A stretch of 64,000 nt of DNA, from assembly GCA_038065075.1 (NCBI GenBank), contig JBBTRQ010000001.1:2823-66822 (forward strand), read 5' to 3'. Made by a program: the position numbers and the translations under genes. The notes under the pieces are model-generated. The model worked only from the letters and a program-made list of their open reading frames with translations, did no database searches and was not told where the DNA came from. Origin of the DNA: Patescibacteria group bacterium (GTDB taxonomy: Bacteria; Patescibacteriota; Patescibacteriia; UBA9934; GWF2-40-263). Of the stretch, positions 28,527 through 38,015 are shown one piece after another (the stretch's first letter is position 1; each line of letters opens with the position of its first letter).

Positions 28527-29605
28527 CCGAGGCCGACCGACCATATTGGGTCGCACTTGCCCAGTTCCGGCCCTTCGGAGCTGTGCGGCTCTCACGGCTT
28601 GCACGTCGCTTTCCAACGATGGAGCGCGCATTTGGGGCGAGCGCGGTGGAGCTTGTCGAAGCCGGGATCGAACCGGAGATCGCCAGCCGTTTTTTACAAG
28701 AACGTATCCACATCAATCCGGAGGAACTCTCTCGCGAGCTTGAGGTCCATGGGGTTCGGCTGGTCACCATTCAAGACGCCATCTATCCACCGCTCCTCAA
28801 AGAAATTTACGATCCACCGGCGGTCCTGTTTGTGCGCGGTGTCCTGCCAGACCCCAACCGCAAACATCTCGCCGTGGTGGGTTCGCGCAAAGCGTCCAAG
28901 TACGGCCTGCGCGTCGTCGACGAACTGATCGAGCCGGTGGCGCGCGCGGGTGTGGTCATCGTGAGTGGCTTGGCGTACGGCATCGACGCGACCGCGCACG
29001 ACGCGGCTCTGCGCGCGGACGGGACGACGATCGCCGTCTTGGGAAGCGGTGTGGATCCTGAGAGTATCTACCCCTCCCATAACCGGGCACTGGCCTCGCG
29101 GATTCTTGCACAGGGTGGCGCTCTGATCTCTGAGTTTCCTCTGCATACCGCCCCGCTCACACAACACTTTCCGATTCGCAACCGTATCATCGCGGGACTC
29201 TGTCACGGCACGCTGGTCGTAGAAGCCGCAATCAAGTCGGGTTCGCTCATCACCGCCCGTTCAGCCATGGACTCCAACCGGGATGTGTACGCGGTTCCAG
29301 GATCCATCCATTCTCTGCTTTCAGAAGGCCCTCACGAGCTCATCAAAAATGGCGCCACGCCCGTGACCAAACCCGAGGACATCTTTGGCATTGAACCGAT
29401 GCCCGAACCTGTCGCGTCCTACCAACCGGTCAACGAAGAAGAAACACTCATCTGGTCGCGCCTGTCGCGCACGCCACTTCACGTCGACGAGCTGATCCGC
29501 TCCACACATCTGCCCACGCCCAAACTCTTGAGCACGCTCACGCTCATGGAAATGAAAGGCGGAATCCGTCACGAGGGAGGACAATTTTATACGCGTCACG
29601 CTTGA
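28523..29605 (+). CDS. dprA: DNA processing protein DprA/Smf
   Basis: VVGSRKAS.YG..V, SGLAYGIDA, Rossmann-like DprA core plus C-terminal wHTH. Confidence 0.85.
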   Translation: MTEADRPYWVALAQFRPFGAVRLSRLARRFPTMERAFGASAVELVEAGIEPEIASRFLQERIHINPEELSRELEVHGVRLVTIQDAIYPPLLKEIYDPPAVLFVRGVLPDPNRKHLAVVGSRKASKYGLRVVDELIEPVARAGVVIVSGLAYGIDATAHDAALRADGTTIAVLGSGVDPESIYPSHNRALASRILAQGGALISEFPLHTAPLTQHFPIRNRIIAGLCHGTLVVEAAIKSGSLITARSAMDSNRDVYAVPGSIHSLLSEGPHELIKNGATPVTKPEDIFGIEPMPEPVASYQPVNEEETLIWSRLSRTPLHVDELIRSTHLPTPKLLSTLTLMEMKGGIRHEGGQFYTRHA

Positions 29606-29629
29606 CGGATTTTCTACAAACCCTTACTA

Positions 29630-31969
29630 ATGGAAGCCATGTCGCACCATCTACTCATCGTCGAGTCACCGACGAAGGCAAAAACCATTTCAAAATACCT
29701 CGGGCAGGACTACAAAGTCCTTTCCTCTTTTGGTCACATCCGCGATCTGCCCAAGAGCAAACTTGGCGTGGATTTGGAGAACCATTTCGCCCCCACGTAC
29801 ACGATTCCCACCAAGAGCAAGAAAGCCGTGACAGAACTCAAAGCCGCGGCAAAGAACGCGGACATGATCTACCTAGCGACGGACGAAGACCGTGAAGGAG
29901 AGGCGATCGCCTGGCACATTCAGGAGGCGCTCAAGCTCAAACCAGAAAACACCCGCCGCATTACGTTTCATGAAATTACCCGCGCGGCCGTTGAGGACGC
30001 TGTGGCACACCCACGCGACATCGACCAGAATCTGGTGAACGCCCAGCAGGCGCGCCGCATTCTGGATCGTTTGGTCGGCTATGAGCTCTCTCCGTTCCTG
30101 TGGCAAAAAATCCGCTATGGTCTCTCGGCGGGACGTGTGCAGTCAGTCGCCATGCGGCTCATTGTCGAGCGCGAACGCGAGCGCCGGGCGTTCAACATCG
30201 AGGAGTACTGGACCGTCGACGCCGAATTCGAAAAATCCAACGTGACCTTCCCTGCGAAGCTTATTGAGGCTGACGGGAAAAAAGTCGACAAGCTCGAAAT
30301 CAAGACACAGGGCGATGCGAAGAGGCTCGTCGAAAAACTCGAGGGTGCTCCAGCAACGGTCATGGCCGTCGAGAAAAAGCTCGTGAAGAAAGCGCCGCCG
30401 ACACCGCTCACCACGTCGACCCTCCAGATCGACGGCAACACCAAATTGGGATTCAGTTCCAAACAAACGATGCGACTCGCGCAGGAGCTCTACGAAACCG
30501 GCCGCATCACCTACATGCGTACCGACTCGATGAACCTGGCGGAGAAATTCCTCGACGAAGCGCAGGCCTACATTCGCACGACCTTCGGCGAAAAGTATGC
30601 CGAAGGCGCACGACGATTCAAGACAAACAAAAAAGGCGCGCAGGAGGCGCACGAAGCGATCCGCCCAACAGAGGTCACGGCGACTCCGGATTCGTTGCGC
30701 TCCACCCTGGAGCCACGCGCCTGGAAACTCTACAATCTCATCTGGAGCCGCACCGTCGCCTCCCAGCTCCCAAGCGCGCAACTCAACCGCACCACGGTGG
30801 ACATTGAGGTCTCCCCCCCTGCCCGAGGGGGGGCTAGGGGGGGTGGGAGGGAGGTTGCTGTATTCCGTGCATCCGGCTCCTCGGTCGCGTTCCCGGGCTT
30901 CATGAAAGTCTACCAGTCGGCGAAAGAAAAAATTCTTCCCGAGCTCGCCAAGGGAGACACCGTCGATACCAAATCAATCATCCCCAACCAACATTTTACT
31001 GAGCCACCCGCACGCTATTCAGACGCAACTCTGGTCAAAGCCCTCGAGGAATTCGGCATCGGTCGCCCATCCACCTACGCCCCGACAATCTCCACGATCA
31101 TCGATCGCGGCTATGTGGAGCGTGACGAGAACAAGAAACTCGCGCCCACGGACATCGCTCTTATTGTCAACGACGTCCTGGTGAACCACTTCCCGCAGAT
31201 CGTCGGCTATGAGTTCACCGCGACGATGGAGAATACGCTCGATGAGATCGCGGAAGGAAAAGTCGAATGGGTTCCGACGCTGGAGGCATTCTACGGCCCG
31301 TTCCATCAAAATTTGGAAGCCAAGACAAAGGAACTCGATCGAGCCGACATCATGCCCGACCGAGTGCTGGGCACGGATCCAGAGAGCGGACTCCCCATCA
31401 CTCTCAAAACGGGTCGCTTCGGCGGATTCGTCCAGGTGGGTGAGTACACAAAGGAGGACAAAAAAGCCGGCAAACCAAAACCTAAGAGCGCCTCACTCCT
31501 CAAAGGCATGAACGTCGAGTCCGTGACGCTTGAGCAGGCCCTCGCCTGTCTCTCCCTTCCCCGCGACGTCGGCGTCAGCGAGAACGGCGAAAAAATCGTC
31601 GCGGCCGTCGGACGGTTTGGTCCGTATGTGAAAGTCGGCGACGTGTACGCGAGCATCAAGGAGCCACTGGATCCCCTGACCATCGATGAGGCAACGGCGC
31701 GAACACTTCTGAAGGAATCTGCCGAGCTCAAAAAGAAAATGGCCACACCCATTGCCGAATTCGGCAATGATCCGGTGAGCGGCGGAGCGATCCTGCTCAA
31801 ACATGGCCGCTTCGGTCCCTACCTCACCGACGGAACCACAAATGCGTCGCTTGGGAAGAAACGCGACCCGGCCGAAGTCACTCGCGAATCTGCCATCGAG
31901 ATCCTGGGAAAAAAACGGGCGATGGAAGCAAAGAACGGAAAGTCAAAATTCAGATCCAAGAAAAAGTAA
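29630..31969 (+). CDS. topA: DNA topoisomerase I with an in-frame Gly/Arg/Pro-rich insertion (SPPARGGARGGGR) derived from a palindromic repeat
   Basis: TOPRIM (SPTKAKTISKYLG), active-site region (TYMRTDS), C-terminal Zn-ribbon-like/GFG repeats. Confidence 0.9.
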   Translation: MEAMSHHLLIVESPTKAKTISKYLGQDYKVLSSFGHIRDLPKSKLGVDLENHFAPTYTIPTKSKKAVTELKAAAKNADMIYLATDEDREGEAIAWHIQEALKLKPENTRRITFHEITRAAVEDAVAHPRDIDQNLVNAQQARRILDRLVGYELSPFLWQKIRYGLSAGRVQSVAMRLIVERERERRAFNIEEYWTVDAEFEKSNVTFPAKLIEADGKKVDKLEIKTQGDAKRLVEKLEGAPATVMAVEKKLVKKAPPTPLTTSTLQIDGNTKLGFSSKQTMRLAQELYETGRITYMRTDSMNLAEKFLDEAQAYIRTTFGEKYAEGARRFKTNKKGAQEAHEAIRPTEVTATPDSLRSTLEPRAWKLYNLIWSRTVASQLPSAQLNRTTVDIEVSPPARGGARGGGREVAVFRASGSSVAFPGFMKVYQSAKEKILPELAKGDTVDTKSIIPNQHFTEPPARYSDATLVKALEEFGIGRPSTYAPTISTIIDRGYVERDENKKLAPTDIALIVNDVLVNHFPQIVGYEFTATMENTLDEIAEGKVEWVPTLEAFYGPFHQNLEAKTKELDRADIMPDRVLGTDPESGLPITLKTGRFGGFVQVGEYTKEDKKAGKPKPKSASLLKGMNVESVTLEQALACLSLPRDVGVSENGEKIVAAVGRFGPYVKVGDVYASIKEPLDPLTIDEATARTLLKESAELKKKMATPIAEFGNDPVSGGAILLKHGRFGPYLTDGTTNASLGKKRDPAEVTRESAIEILGKKRAMEAKNGKSKFRSKKK
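30811..30850. repeat. C7-N7-G7-CTA-G7 palindromic element inserted in-frame in topA
   Basis: ctccccccctgcccgagggggggctagggggggtgggaggg; near-identical architecture to 46659-46692 in asnS. Confidence 0.6.
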
Positions 31970-32002
31970 AACGCCCTGAGCTTGTCGAAGGGCGTTTTAT
32001 TT
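31970..32002. terminator. bidirectional intrinsic terminator between topA(+) and the 32003..32764(-) gene
   Basis: aaaacgccct-gagcttgtcgaa-gggcgtttt-atttttat. Confidence 0.7.
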
Positions 32003-32764
32003 TTATGCGGCCTTAGCCGCTTCGGCCGGTGCCGCGGCTGGAGCTGGTTCTGCTTTTGCCGCTTCTGCGTTTTCTAAATCTTCGAACTCCCCTTCAAGCG
32101 CCGCGGCTACATCCTCGCCCAACACCTCCTTGAGTTTCTTTTGTCGAGTCTTCTTCTTCGCCGCATCGTCCACTTTCTTCTCGGCAGCTTTCTGTGCTTT
32201 GTTATAATCCTCAAATACCTTCTTCGCGAGCTTCTTCCGATCCTCCGCGTTCTTCTTCAAATGCTCGACGAGCGTCTTGTCGATCCCGAGCGACTTGGCG
32301 GACTTATCAATCAACGACACTAATGGGTTCACAAGCCAACGGAGAATCGGGAATTTCTTGTCGATGAGCTTATCAGCCCAGCTGTTCATCTTTTGTCCGA
32401 TCCAGTCCAACGCATGCGCCGCGGTGAATAACACAGGACGACTGGTTTGATATCCAAGATACGTAAAAGCAACCAGAGATCCGCCCATGACCTGAAGCCC
32501 TCCTTTTCCAACCCCCACAGCTATATCTTTGGCTCGAGTCGCAAAGCTGAAAACGGGTTTTTCTTCCTCCTTCTTCTCTTCTCGTGCTGTCACACCCGCC
32601 GCAAGAGCGCGAGCACGAGCCGCCTCGATGGCCGCTGTGTCCGTTGTGGCGATACCTCTGTCTACGGGTGGCGCGACTTCTCTTAATCGATCGCGGCGTC
32701 CTCGTCGCTCGCGACGACCTTCACGCGATCCTTCTGTTCCCCGTTCTCGTGATTCTGTTGCCAT
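32003..32764 (-). CDS. hypothetical protein with Arg/Glu-rich N-terminus and Lys/Ala-rich C-terminus
   Basis: ORF track only. Confidence 0.4.
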   Translation of the reverse strand: MATESRERGTEGSREGRRERRGRRDRLREVAPPVDRGIATTDTAAIEAARARALAAGVTAREEKKEEEKPVFSFATRAKDIAVGVGKGGLQVMGGSLVAFTYLGYQTSRPVLFTAAHALDWIGQKMNSWADKLIDKKFPILRWLVNPLVSLIDKSAKSLGIDKTLVEHLKKNAEDRKKLAKKVFEDYNKAQKAAEKKVDDAAKKKTRQKKLKEVLGEDVAAALEGEFEDLENAEAAKAEPAPAAAPAEAAKAA

Positions 32765-32855
32765 AGTTGATGATTGAATTGCTCAAAATGTAGCACGAAA
32801 ATCCGCTTTCGTCAACGCGATTCTCCCTTTACGGCGGCCCGGTCTGTGAGGTATC

Positions 32856-34364
32856 GTGCATCTCATGAGTGAACTCCCACGCACCTACGACGAGCTCGAA
32901 CGGCTCGTCCAAAAGACGTACAAGAACCCGGATCTCGAAACGTTACGGCGGGCTTTTGCGTTGGCAGATCAGGCACACGCAGGCGAGGTGCGGCTCACGG
33001 GGCATCCCGTCATCAGCCATCCCCTTGCGGTTGCGTATCGCCTGGCAGACATGGGTCTCCACCTCAACGTCGTGACAGCCGGGCTCCTTCATGACGTCGT
33101 CGAGGACTCTCCCGTGACGATCGAAGACCTCAAGGCACAATTTGGAGAAGACATTGCGGGGCTGGTCGAAGCGGTGACCAAGCTCAAGCATGGGATCAAG
33201 TATCGAGGAGCCGAACGCTACGCCGAGAATATGCGCAAGATGTTTTTGGCGATGGCCAGCGACGTGCGCGTCGTCTTCATGAAATTTGCCGACCGACTCC
33301 ACAACCTGGAAACTCTCTACGGTCAGCCTAAACACAAACAGGAACGCATCGCTCGCGAGTCGTTGGAGATTTACGCGCCGATCGCTGGACGATTAGGCAT
33401 GAGCGAATTCAAGGGGGAACTCGAAGATGGGTCGTTCGCCTATCTCCAACCAAAAGAGTTTGAGCGCATGAAAAGTATCATGAACGTGAAAGTCCGCGAG
33501 AAGGGCGCCTATGTCAGCCGCATCATCGATTCGGTCGAGAAGCTCCTCGCTGGAACATCGATTGAAGACTTCCAGGTGCACGGCCGCATCAAACGTCTCT
33601 ACAGTCTCTACAAAAAACTCAACAAGTACCAGGGCGACCTGAGTAAAATTTACGACCTCATCGCCGTGCGTATCATCGTCAGCGACGTTGAGGAGTGCTA
33701 CATGGCCTTGGGACTTCTGCATCAACACTGGCGTCCTGTCCCTGGTCGTATCAAGGACTACATCGCCCAACCCAAACCAAACGGCTACCAGTCGCTCCAC
33801 ACGACCGTATTCACCGAAAACGGCGAGATTGTCGAGTTTCAAATCCGAACGCTCGAGATGCACGAGCTGGCCGAATACGGTATCGCCTCCCACTGGCGCT
33901 ACAAGGAAGGTTCCAACAAACCTGTGCGCAACACGCGCTGGATGGAAGAACTCGCGCAGATCCAAAAAGAACTGCAGAGTAAGAAAGACTTCATGGAGCA
34001 ACTCGAGGTCATGAAGATCGATGTCTTCAAGGACCGGATCTTTGTCTTCACGCCGCAGGGCGATGTCATTGATCTCCCCGAAGGAGCCACGCCCGTTGAC
34101 TTTGCCTACGCCATCCACACCGAGGTCGGCAACAAGTGCACGGCCGCGCGCGTCAATGAGGTCATGCGCAACCTGGATACCACATTGCTGTCTGGCGATA
34201 TCGTCGAGGTCATCACCGACAAAAATCGCCGCGGCCCCAACCCTGACTGGCTCAAGTTCGCCAAGACCCGCCATGCGCGCAATAAAATCAAAGACTCAAC
34301 CCGTCACACGGTGAAAGGCTGGTTCGCGGAAGTGTTGAAAGGAAGGGAGAAGGCGAAGAAATGA
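32856..34364 (+). CDS. rel: short RelA/SpoT-family (p)ppGpp synthetase/hydrolase (HD + synthetase + TGS, no ACT)
   Basis: HD motif HPLAVA...LHDVVED; synthetase RIKRLYSLYKK; TGS VFTPQGDVIDLP. Confidence 0.85.
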   Translation: MHLMSELPRTYDELERLVQKTYKNPDLETLRRAFALADQAHAGEVRLTGHPVISHPLAVAYRLADMGLHLNVVTAGLLHDVVEDSPVTIEDLKAQFGEDIAGLVEAVTKLKHGIKYRGAERYAENMRKMFLAMASDVRVVFMKFADRLHNLETLYGQPKHKQERIARESLEIYAPIAGRLGMSEFKGELEDGSFAYLQPKEFERMKSIMNVKVREKGAYVSRIIDSVEKLLAGTSIEDFQVHGRIKRLYSLYKKLNKYQGDLSKIYDLIAVRIIVSDVEECYMALGLLHQHWRPVPGRIKDYIAQPKPNGYQSLHTTVFTENGEIVEFQIRTLEMHELAEYGIASHWRYKEGSNKPVRNTRWMEELAQIQKELQSKKDFMEQLEVMKIDVFKDRIFVFTPQGDVIDLPEGATPVDFAYAIHTEVGNKCTAARVNEVMRNLDTTLLSGDIVEVITDKNRRGPNPDWLKFAKTRHARNKIKDSTRHTVKGWFAEVLKGREKAKK

Positions 34365-34403
34365 CACGACCACGTCGCGTCATCCCGAGCTTGTCGAGGG
34401 ATC

Positions 34404-35084
34404 TCAAAAAAGAAGCACGTATCCAATCGTCAGGATCGTCGCGTCGACAAGAATGTGACTCAACCAACTCGTGACAAGCGAGTTGGTTTTTTGATACAAT
34501 AGGCACCAACAGGCACCAGCGATCGCAATCGTGAGCCCAAAGAGCAGGGCGATCACGGGCGGAAAAAACTGCCACAAGATCACAACATGATGAGCCGAAA
34601 ATGCCAGTGACCCAAGCGCGATCGCGGTGTTCGTCTTCATGAGCAACCTCAAGCCACCAAAGACAAACCATCGCCAATAGAGCTCCTCAAAAAGAGAATG
34701 AAAGACTGAGAGAAAAATGGCGAATGGGATGTACCAACTCAAGATACCGAATGTCTCTGCAACCCCCTGGAGCGCTGGAACGAAAGAGCGGAAGAAAGGC
34801 TCGAACAGAAAGAACGTGAGAATAATGATCGTGGAGAAAAGAATTCCCGAACAAAGACCAAAAAGAACCCAATTCTTTTTTGAACCTTTATAAACGGCAG
34901 GGCGAAATCCTGCGAGATACCATCCAAGCGGCCAGGCAAGCATGAGAATTTTCGTCGCCGGATAGAGAAACGAGGAATATCCTGGAAGCGCAACGAAGTA
35001 CAGACTCGCACCGGTCAACTGAAACAACAGCATGGGTACGAGGATGAACATGAGAACCGATCTTGATGAAAAGCGCGTCGTCAT
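34404..35084 (-). CDS. CPBP-family intramembrane metalloprotease (CAAX protease/Abi)
   Basis: EELYWRWF.. and ..FSAHHV motifs, 6+ TM. Confidence 0.7.
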   Translation of the reverse strand: MTTRFSSRSVLMFILVPMLLFQLTGASLYFVALPGYSSFLYPATKILMLAWPLGWYLAGFRPAVYKGSKKNWVLFGLCSGILFSTIIILTFFLFEPFFRSFVPALQGVAETFGILSWYIPFAIFLSVFHSLFEELYWRWFVFGGLRLLMKTNTAIALGSLAFSAHHVVILWQFFPPVIALLFGLTIAIAGACWCLLYQKTNSLVTSWLSHILVDATILTIGYVLLF

Positions 35085-35108
35085 AGGAAAAACAGGCTGA
35101 GCCTGTTT

Positions 35109-35969
35109 TTAAAATCCTGATAATCGATCCAGGAGGTCGAGGAGTTCATCCCTCGAGTAAAATGCGATCGAGATATTTCCCTTTCCGCCGGACTCTTTGA
35201 TCTCGACTTTTGTGCCGAGAATCTCGCGTAAACGTTTTTCGTGTGCAAGAAGATTGGGATCTTTCTTTGATGAGGCCTTCGAGGAAGACTTCCGTGGAGC
35301 GGTGACCACCCGAGCTTCTGCCTCGCGCACACTCACGCCACCATTCAACATTGCCTCAAAGAGCGCTTCCCGTTTCACGTCGTTGGACTCGGCCAGGAGC
35401 GTGCGGGCGTGTGACTTCGTGATCTTTCCGTCGCGTAGGGCGTAAAGCATCTCTTCCGGGAGTTCAAGCAGACGCAGGATGTTGGCGACGTTGGAGCGGC
35501 TCTTCCCTACCCGCTTGCCAACTTCCTCTTGCGTGAGGTTGAACTCGTCCACCAACGCCTTGTAGGCGAGCGCCTCTTCAAACGCGTTGAGGTCCTGACG
35601 CTGGATGTTCTCAATGAGCGCGAGCTCGAGTTTTTGTTGCTCGTTGGCGTCACGGACGATCACGGGAACCGTCTTCAGACCCAGCGTGCGAGAAGCTCGC
35701 AGTCGACGCTCTCCGGCGATCAGCTCGTACTTGTTGCCGGCTCGAGTCGCCACGAGCGGCTGCAAAATGCCATGCTCTTTTATCGACGCAATAAGATCCT
35801 CGAGCTCTGCCGGCGAAAAGTGGTGACGCGGCTGACGTGGGTTTTCCACAATGTCACCGACCGGGACTTCAAGAACCTGTGTGCGCGCCTGCGGGATCAC
35901 CTGCTCGGTGATGCTTTGTTTTTGCGGAATCAGGGAACCAAGCCCTCTTCCTAGTGCTGAATGTACCAT
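35109..35969 (-). CDS. parB: chromosome partitioning protein ParB/Spo0J
   Basis: LVATRAGNKYELIAGERRLRAS.., HTH. Confidence 0.85.
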   Translation of the reverse strand: MVHSALGRGLGSLIPQKQSITEQVIPQARTQVLEVPVGDIVENPRQPRHHFSPAELEDLIASIKEHGILQPLVATRAGNKYELIAGERRLRASRTLGLKTVPVIVRDANEQQKLELALIENIQRQDLNAFEEALAYKALVDEFNLTQEEVGKRVGKSRSNVANILRLLELPEEMLYALRDGKITKSHARTLLAESNDVKREALFEAMLNGGVSVREAEARVVTAPRKSSSKASSKKDPNLLAHEKRLREILGTKVEIKESGGKGNISIAFYSRDELLDLLDRLSGF

Positions 35970-35972
35970 ACG

Positions 35973-36746
35973 TTAAATACGTCCCTCCTCGCGGAGTAAA
36001 AATTCGCGTGCCAGACGTTCGTACGCCTTGGCCGCCTTGGATGCCGGGTCATAGCCCAAAATCGTTTTCCCAAAACTCGGTGCCTCCGCCAACCGAATAG
36101 AGCGTGGAATGACTGAACGAAAAATCTTGTCCGGGAAGTAGCGATAGAGTTCCTCGAGGACTTCTTTGGAGAGTCGCGTGCGACCGTCGTACATCGTGAT
36201 GACCGCTCCCATCACCTCCAGGTCTGGTTTGAGATTGTCGCGCACGAGGTTCACGGTGTTGAGAAGCTGTGAGAGACCTTCGAGGGCGAAGTACTCAGCC
36301 TGCACTGGAATCAACACGGAGTCGGCCGCCACAAGGCCGTTGATCGTGAGCATGCCTAGGGAGGGCGGGTTATCGATGAAGATGTAATCGTAATCGTTGC
36401 GGACTTCCAGAAGCGCCTTGCGTAGAAAATGCTCTCGTTCCTCTGCATTGACCAACTCGACGCTGGCGCCAGCAAGGGCTTGCGTTGCCGGCAAGATGCT
36501 TAAGCCCTCATGATCGGTGGGGTGAATGAGGTTGCGCATGGAGTGAGTGCCCACGAGTCCCTCGTACACGCCAGCCGGTAGCGTCTTGTGGTCGATACCC
36601 ACTCCGGAAGTCGCGTTGGCTTGTGGATCCAAGTCGACGAGCAGAATGAACTTTCCGGCAGAAGCTAAAAACGCGGCCAAATTCAAAGCCGTCGTTGTTT
36701 TCCCCACACCTCCTTTTTGATTAACCACGGAAATAATGTGCGCCAT
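35973..36746 (-). CDS. soj: chromosome partitioning ATPase ParA/Soj (likely start at MAHIISV; the ORF-track start at 36854 adds a 36-aa extension)
   Basis: KGGVGKTTTALNLAAFLA deviant Walker A. Confidence 0.85.
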   Translation of the reverse strand: MAHIISVVNQKGGVGKTTTALNLAAFLASAGKFILLVDLDPQANATSGVGIDHKTLPAGVYEGLVGTHSMRNLIHPTDHEGLSILPATQALAGASVELVNAEEREHFLRKALLEVRNDYDYIFIDNPPSLGMLTINGLVAADSVLIPVQAEYFALEGLSQLLNTVNLVRDNLKPDLEVMGAVITMYDGRTRLSKEVLEELYRYFPDKIFRSVIPRSIRLAEAPSFGKTILGYDPASKAAKAYERLAREFLLREEGRI

Positions 36747-36844
36747 AAGGAGTGAGACTATTATACCGCAGACATCTGAGTGCGCATAGGAATTTATTGA
36801 CAAGAGACCTCTCATCGTGTGAACTGGGCCACGGAGAAGCACGC

Positions 36845-37255
36845 ATGAATTCACACGAGCAGTTGAGAACGATCACGGCGGACGCTCGCCACGAGAACGT
36901 CGAGGGCATCGTCCTCACGGTCAACTACCGTCGCGCTTGCTTCATTCACTTCGTCGTCCACGGCGAACTGCGTGAACAGGCTCGCCTCACCTTCCGCAAC
37001 GCCCGAGACCTCCTCATCACGATCCGACAGGAGGCTCATGTCGGCAAGACGGGAACGAACGGCGAGAGCGAAGGTCTGCTCGTCTACCGTCGCACGGCCG
37101 AGTACTGGAAGGTCTTCGTGATCGCCGGTGACGACAGGACGGAAGTGGTTCTGCGCTACATCCCCGGCGATCTGGAGGAAGCCGTCGCCAGGCTGAAGCT
37201 CCCGCGCACGCCTCCCACGCTCAAGGCCTTCGCCAAGATCGACGAAGTCGCTTGA
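36845..37255 (+). CDS. hypothetical protein (136 aa), very high GC3
   Basis: GC3 near 90% in the + frame; the antisense ORF 36851..37258 is judged spurious. Confidence 0.4.
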   Translation: MNSHEQLRTITADARHENVEGIVLTVNYRRACFIHFVVHGELREQARLTFRNARDLLITIRQEAHVGKTGTNGESEGLLVYRRTAEYWKVFVIAGDDRTEVVLRYIPGDLEEAVARLKLPRTPPTLKAFAKIDEVA

Positions 37256-37374
37256 CATCTCACCACGACCGCCCCAGGCGGCCTGTCCCCCGAAGCTTCA
37301 CGCGAAGGGGGATTTTCTCTTTGTGGAAAATTATTGTTTCACTCTTCGACAAAAAAGAAGTATCCTATCTGTGT

Positions 37375-37602
37375 ATGACAAAATCATCATCGCTCCTTAA
37401 CGTGCTTCGCGACGCCGTGGGCGGCGCGGTCGCAGGACTGATCGCGGGTCTGATCCTTGGACTCGCCATTAAGTTCATCAGCATCATCCTTCTTCCGTTT
37501 GATGGAGAAGGACCAGACATGCTCGCCCCGTTCATGGGGATGGGGTTTGGCACCCTCGTGGGCGCGATCCTCGGCGGATTGGCGGGTCTGAAAAACGAAT
37601 AA
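37375..37602 (+). CDS. small glycine-zipper membrane protein
   Basis: GGAVAGLIAGLILGLA...GAILGGLAGL. Confidence 0.35.
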   Translation: MTKSSSLLNVLRDAVGGAVAGLIAGLILGLAIKFISIILLPFDGEGPDMLAPFMGMGFGTLVGAILGGLAGLKNE

Positions 37603-37677
37603 GCAGTACCAAACTCATGCTAGACAGTCGGAATTCTTTTTGATATTCTTTCGTCGCCCATTGATCGAAAGGTGTTT

Positions 37678-37764
37678 GCCGCGGTGGCGGAATTGGTAGA
37701 CGCGCAGGACTCAAAATCCTGTATGGGCAACCATGTGAGGGTTCGATTCCCTCCCGCGGCACCA
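37678..37764 (+). tRNA. tRNA-Leu (anticodon CAA), class II long variable arm
   Basis: GCCGCGGTGGCGGAATTGGTAGACGCGCAGGACTCAAAATCCTG..GAGGGTTCGATTCCCTCCCGCGGCACCA. Confidence 0.85.
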
Positions 37765-37901
37765 AGAAGCCTCAAAAAAGCGATCTGCTCGTGCTTCGGT
37801 CGGAAACTCGTTCGTCGTAGGATTACCTACGTCTCGCGAGCTTTCCTCCCTACAGCACATCGCATCTCATCTTTTTTGAATCTTCTTGTCAGGTACCAGA
37901 T

Positions 37902-37978
37902 GGCTGGGTAGCTCAGTTGGTTAGAGCGTGGGACTCATAAGCCCGAGGTCGTGGGTTCAACTCCCACCCCAGCTACCA
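37902..37978 (+). tRNA. tRNA-Met elongator type (anticodon CAT; could be a lysidine-modified tRNA-Ile2)
   Basis: GGCTGGGTAGCTCAGTTGGTTAGAGC...CTCATAA...GGTTCAACTCCCACCCCAGCTACCA; G1-C72 paired. Confidence 0.8.
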
Positions 37979-37980
37979 AC

Positions 37981-38015
37981 AAAAACACTCGTGAGTGATC
38001 ACGAGTGTTTTTGGT
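37981..38015. terminator. bidirectional intrinsic terminator shared by convergent tRNA-Met(+) and tRNA-fMet(-)
   Basis: aaaaa-CACTCGTG-agtgat-CACGAGTG-ttttt. Confidence 0.7.
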
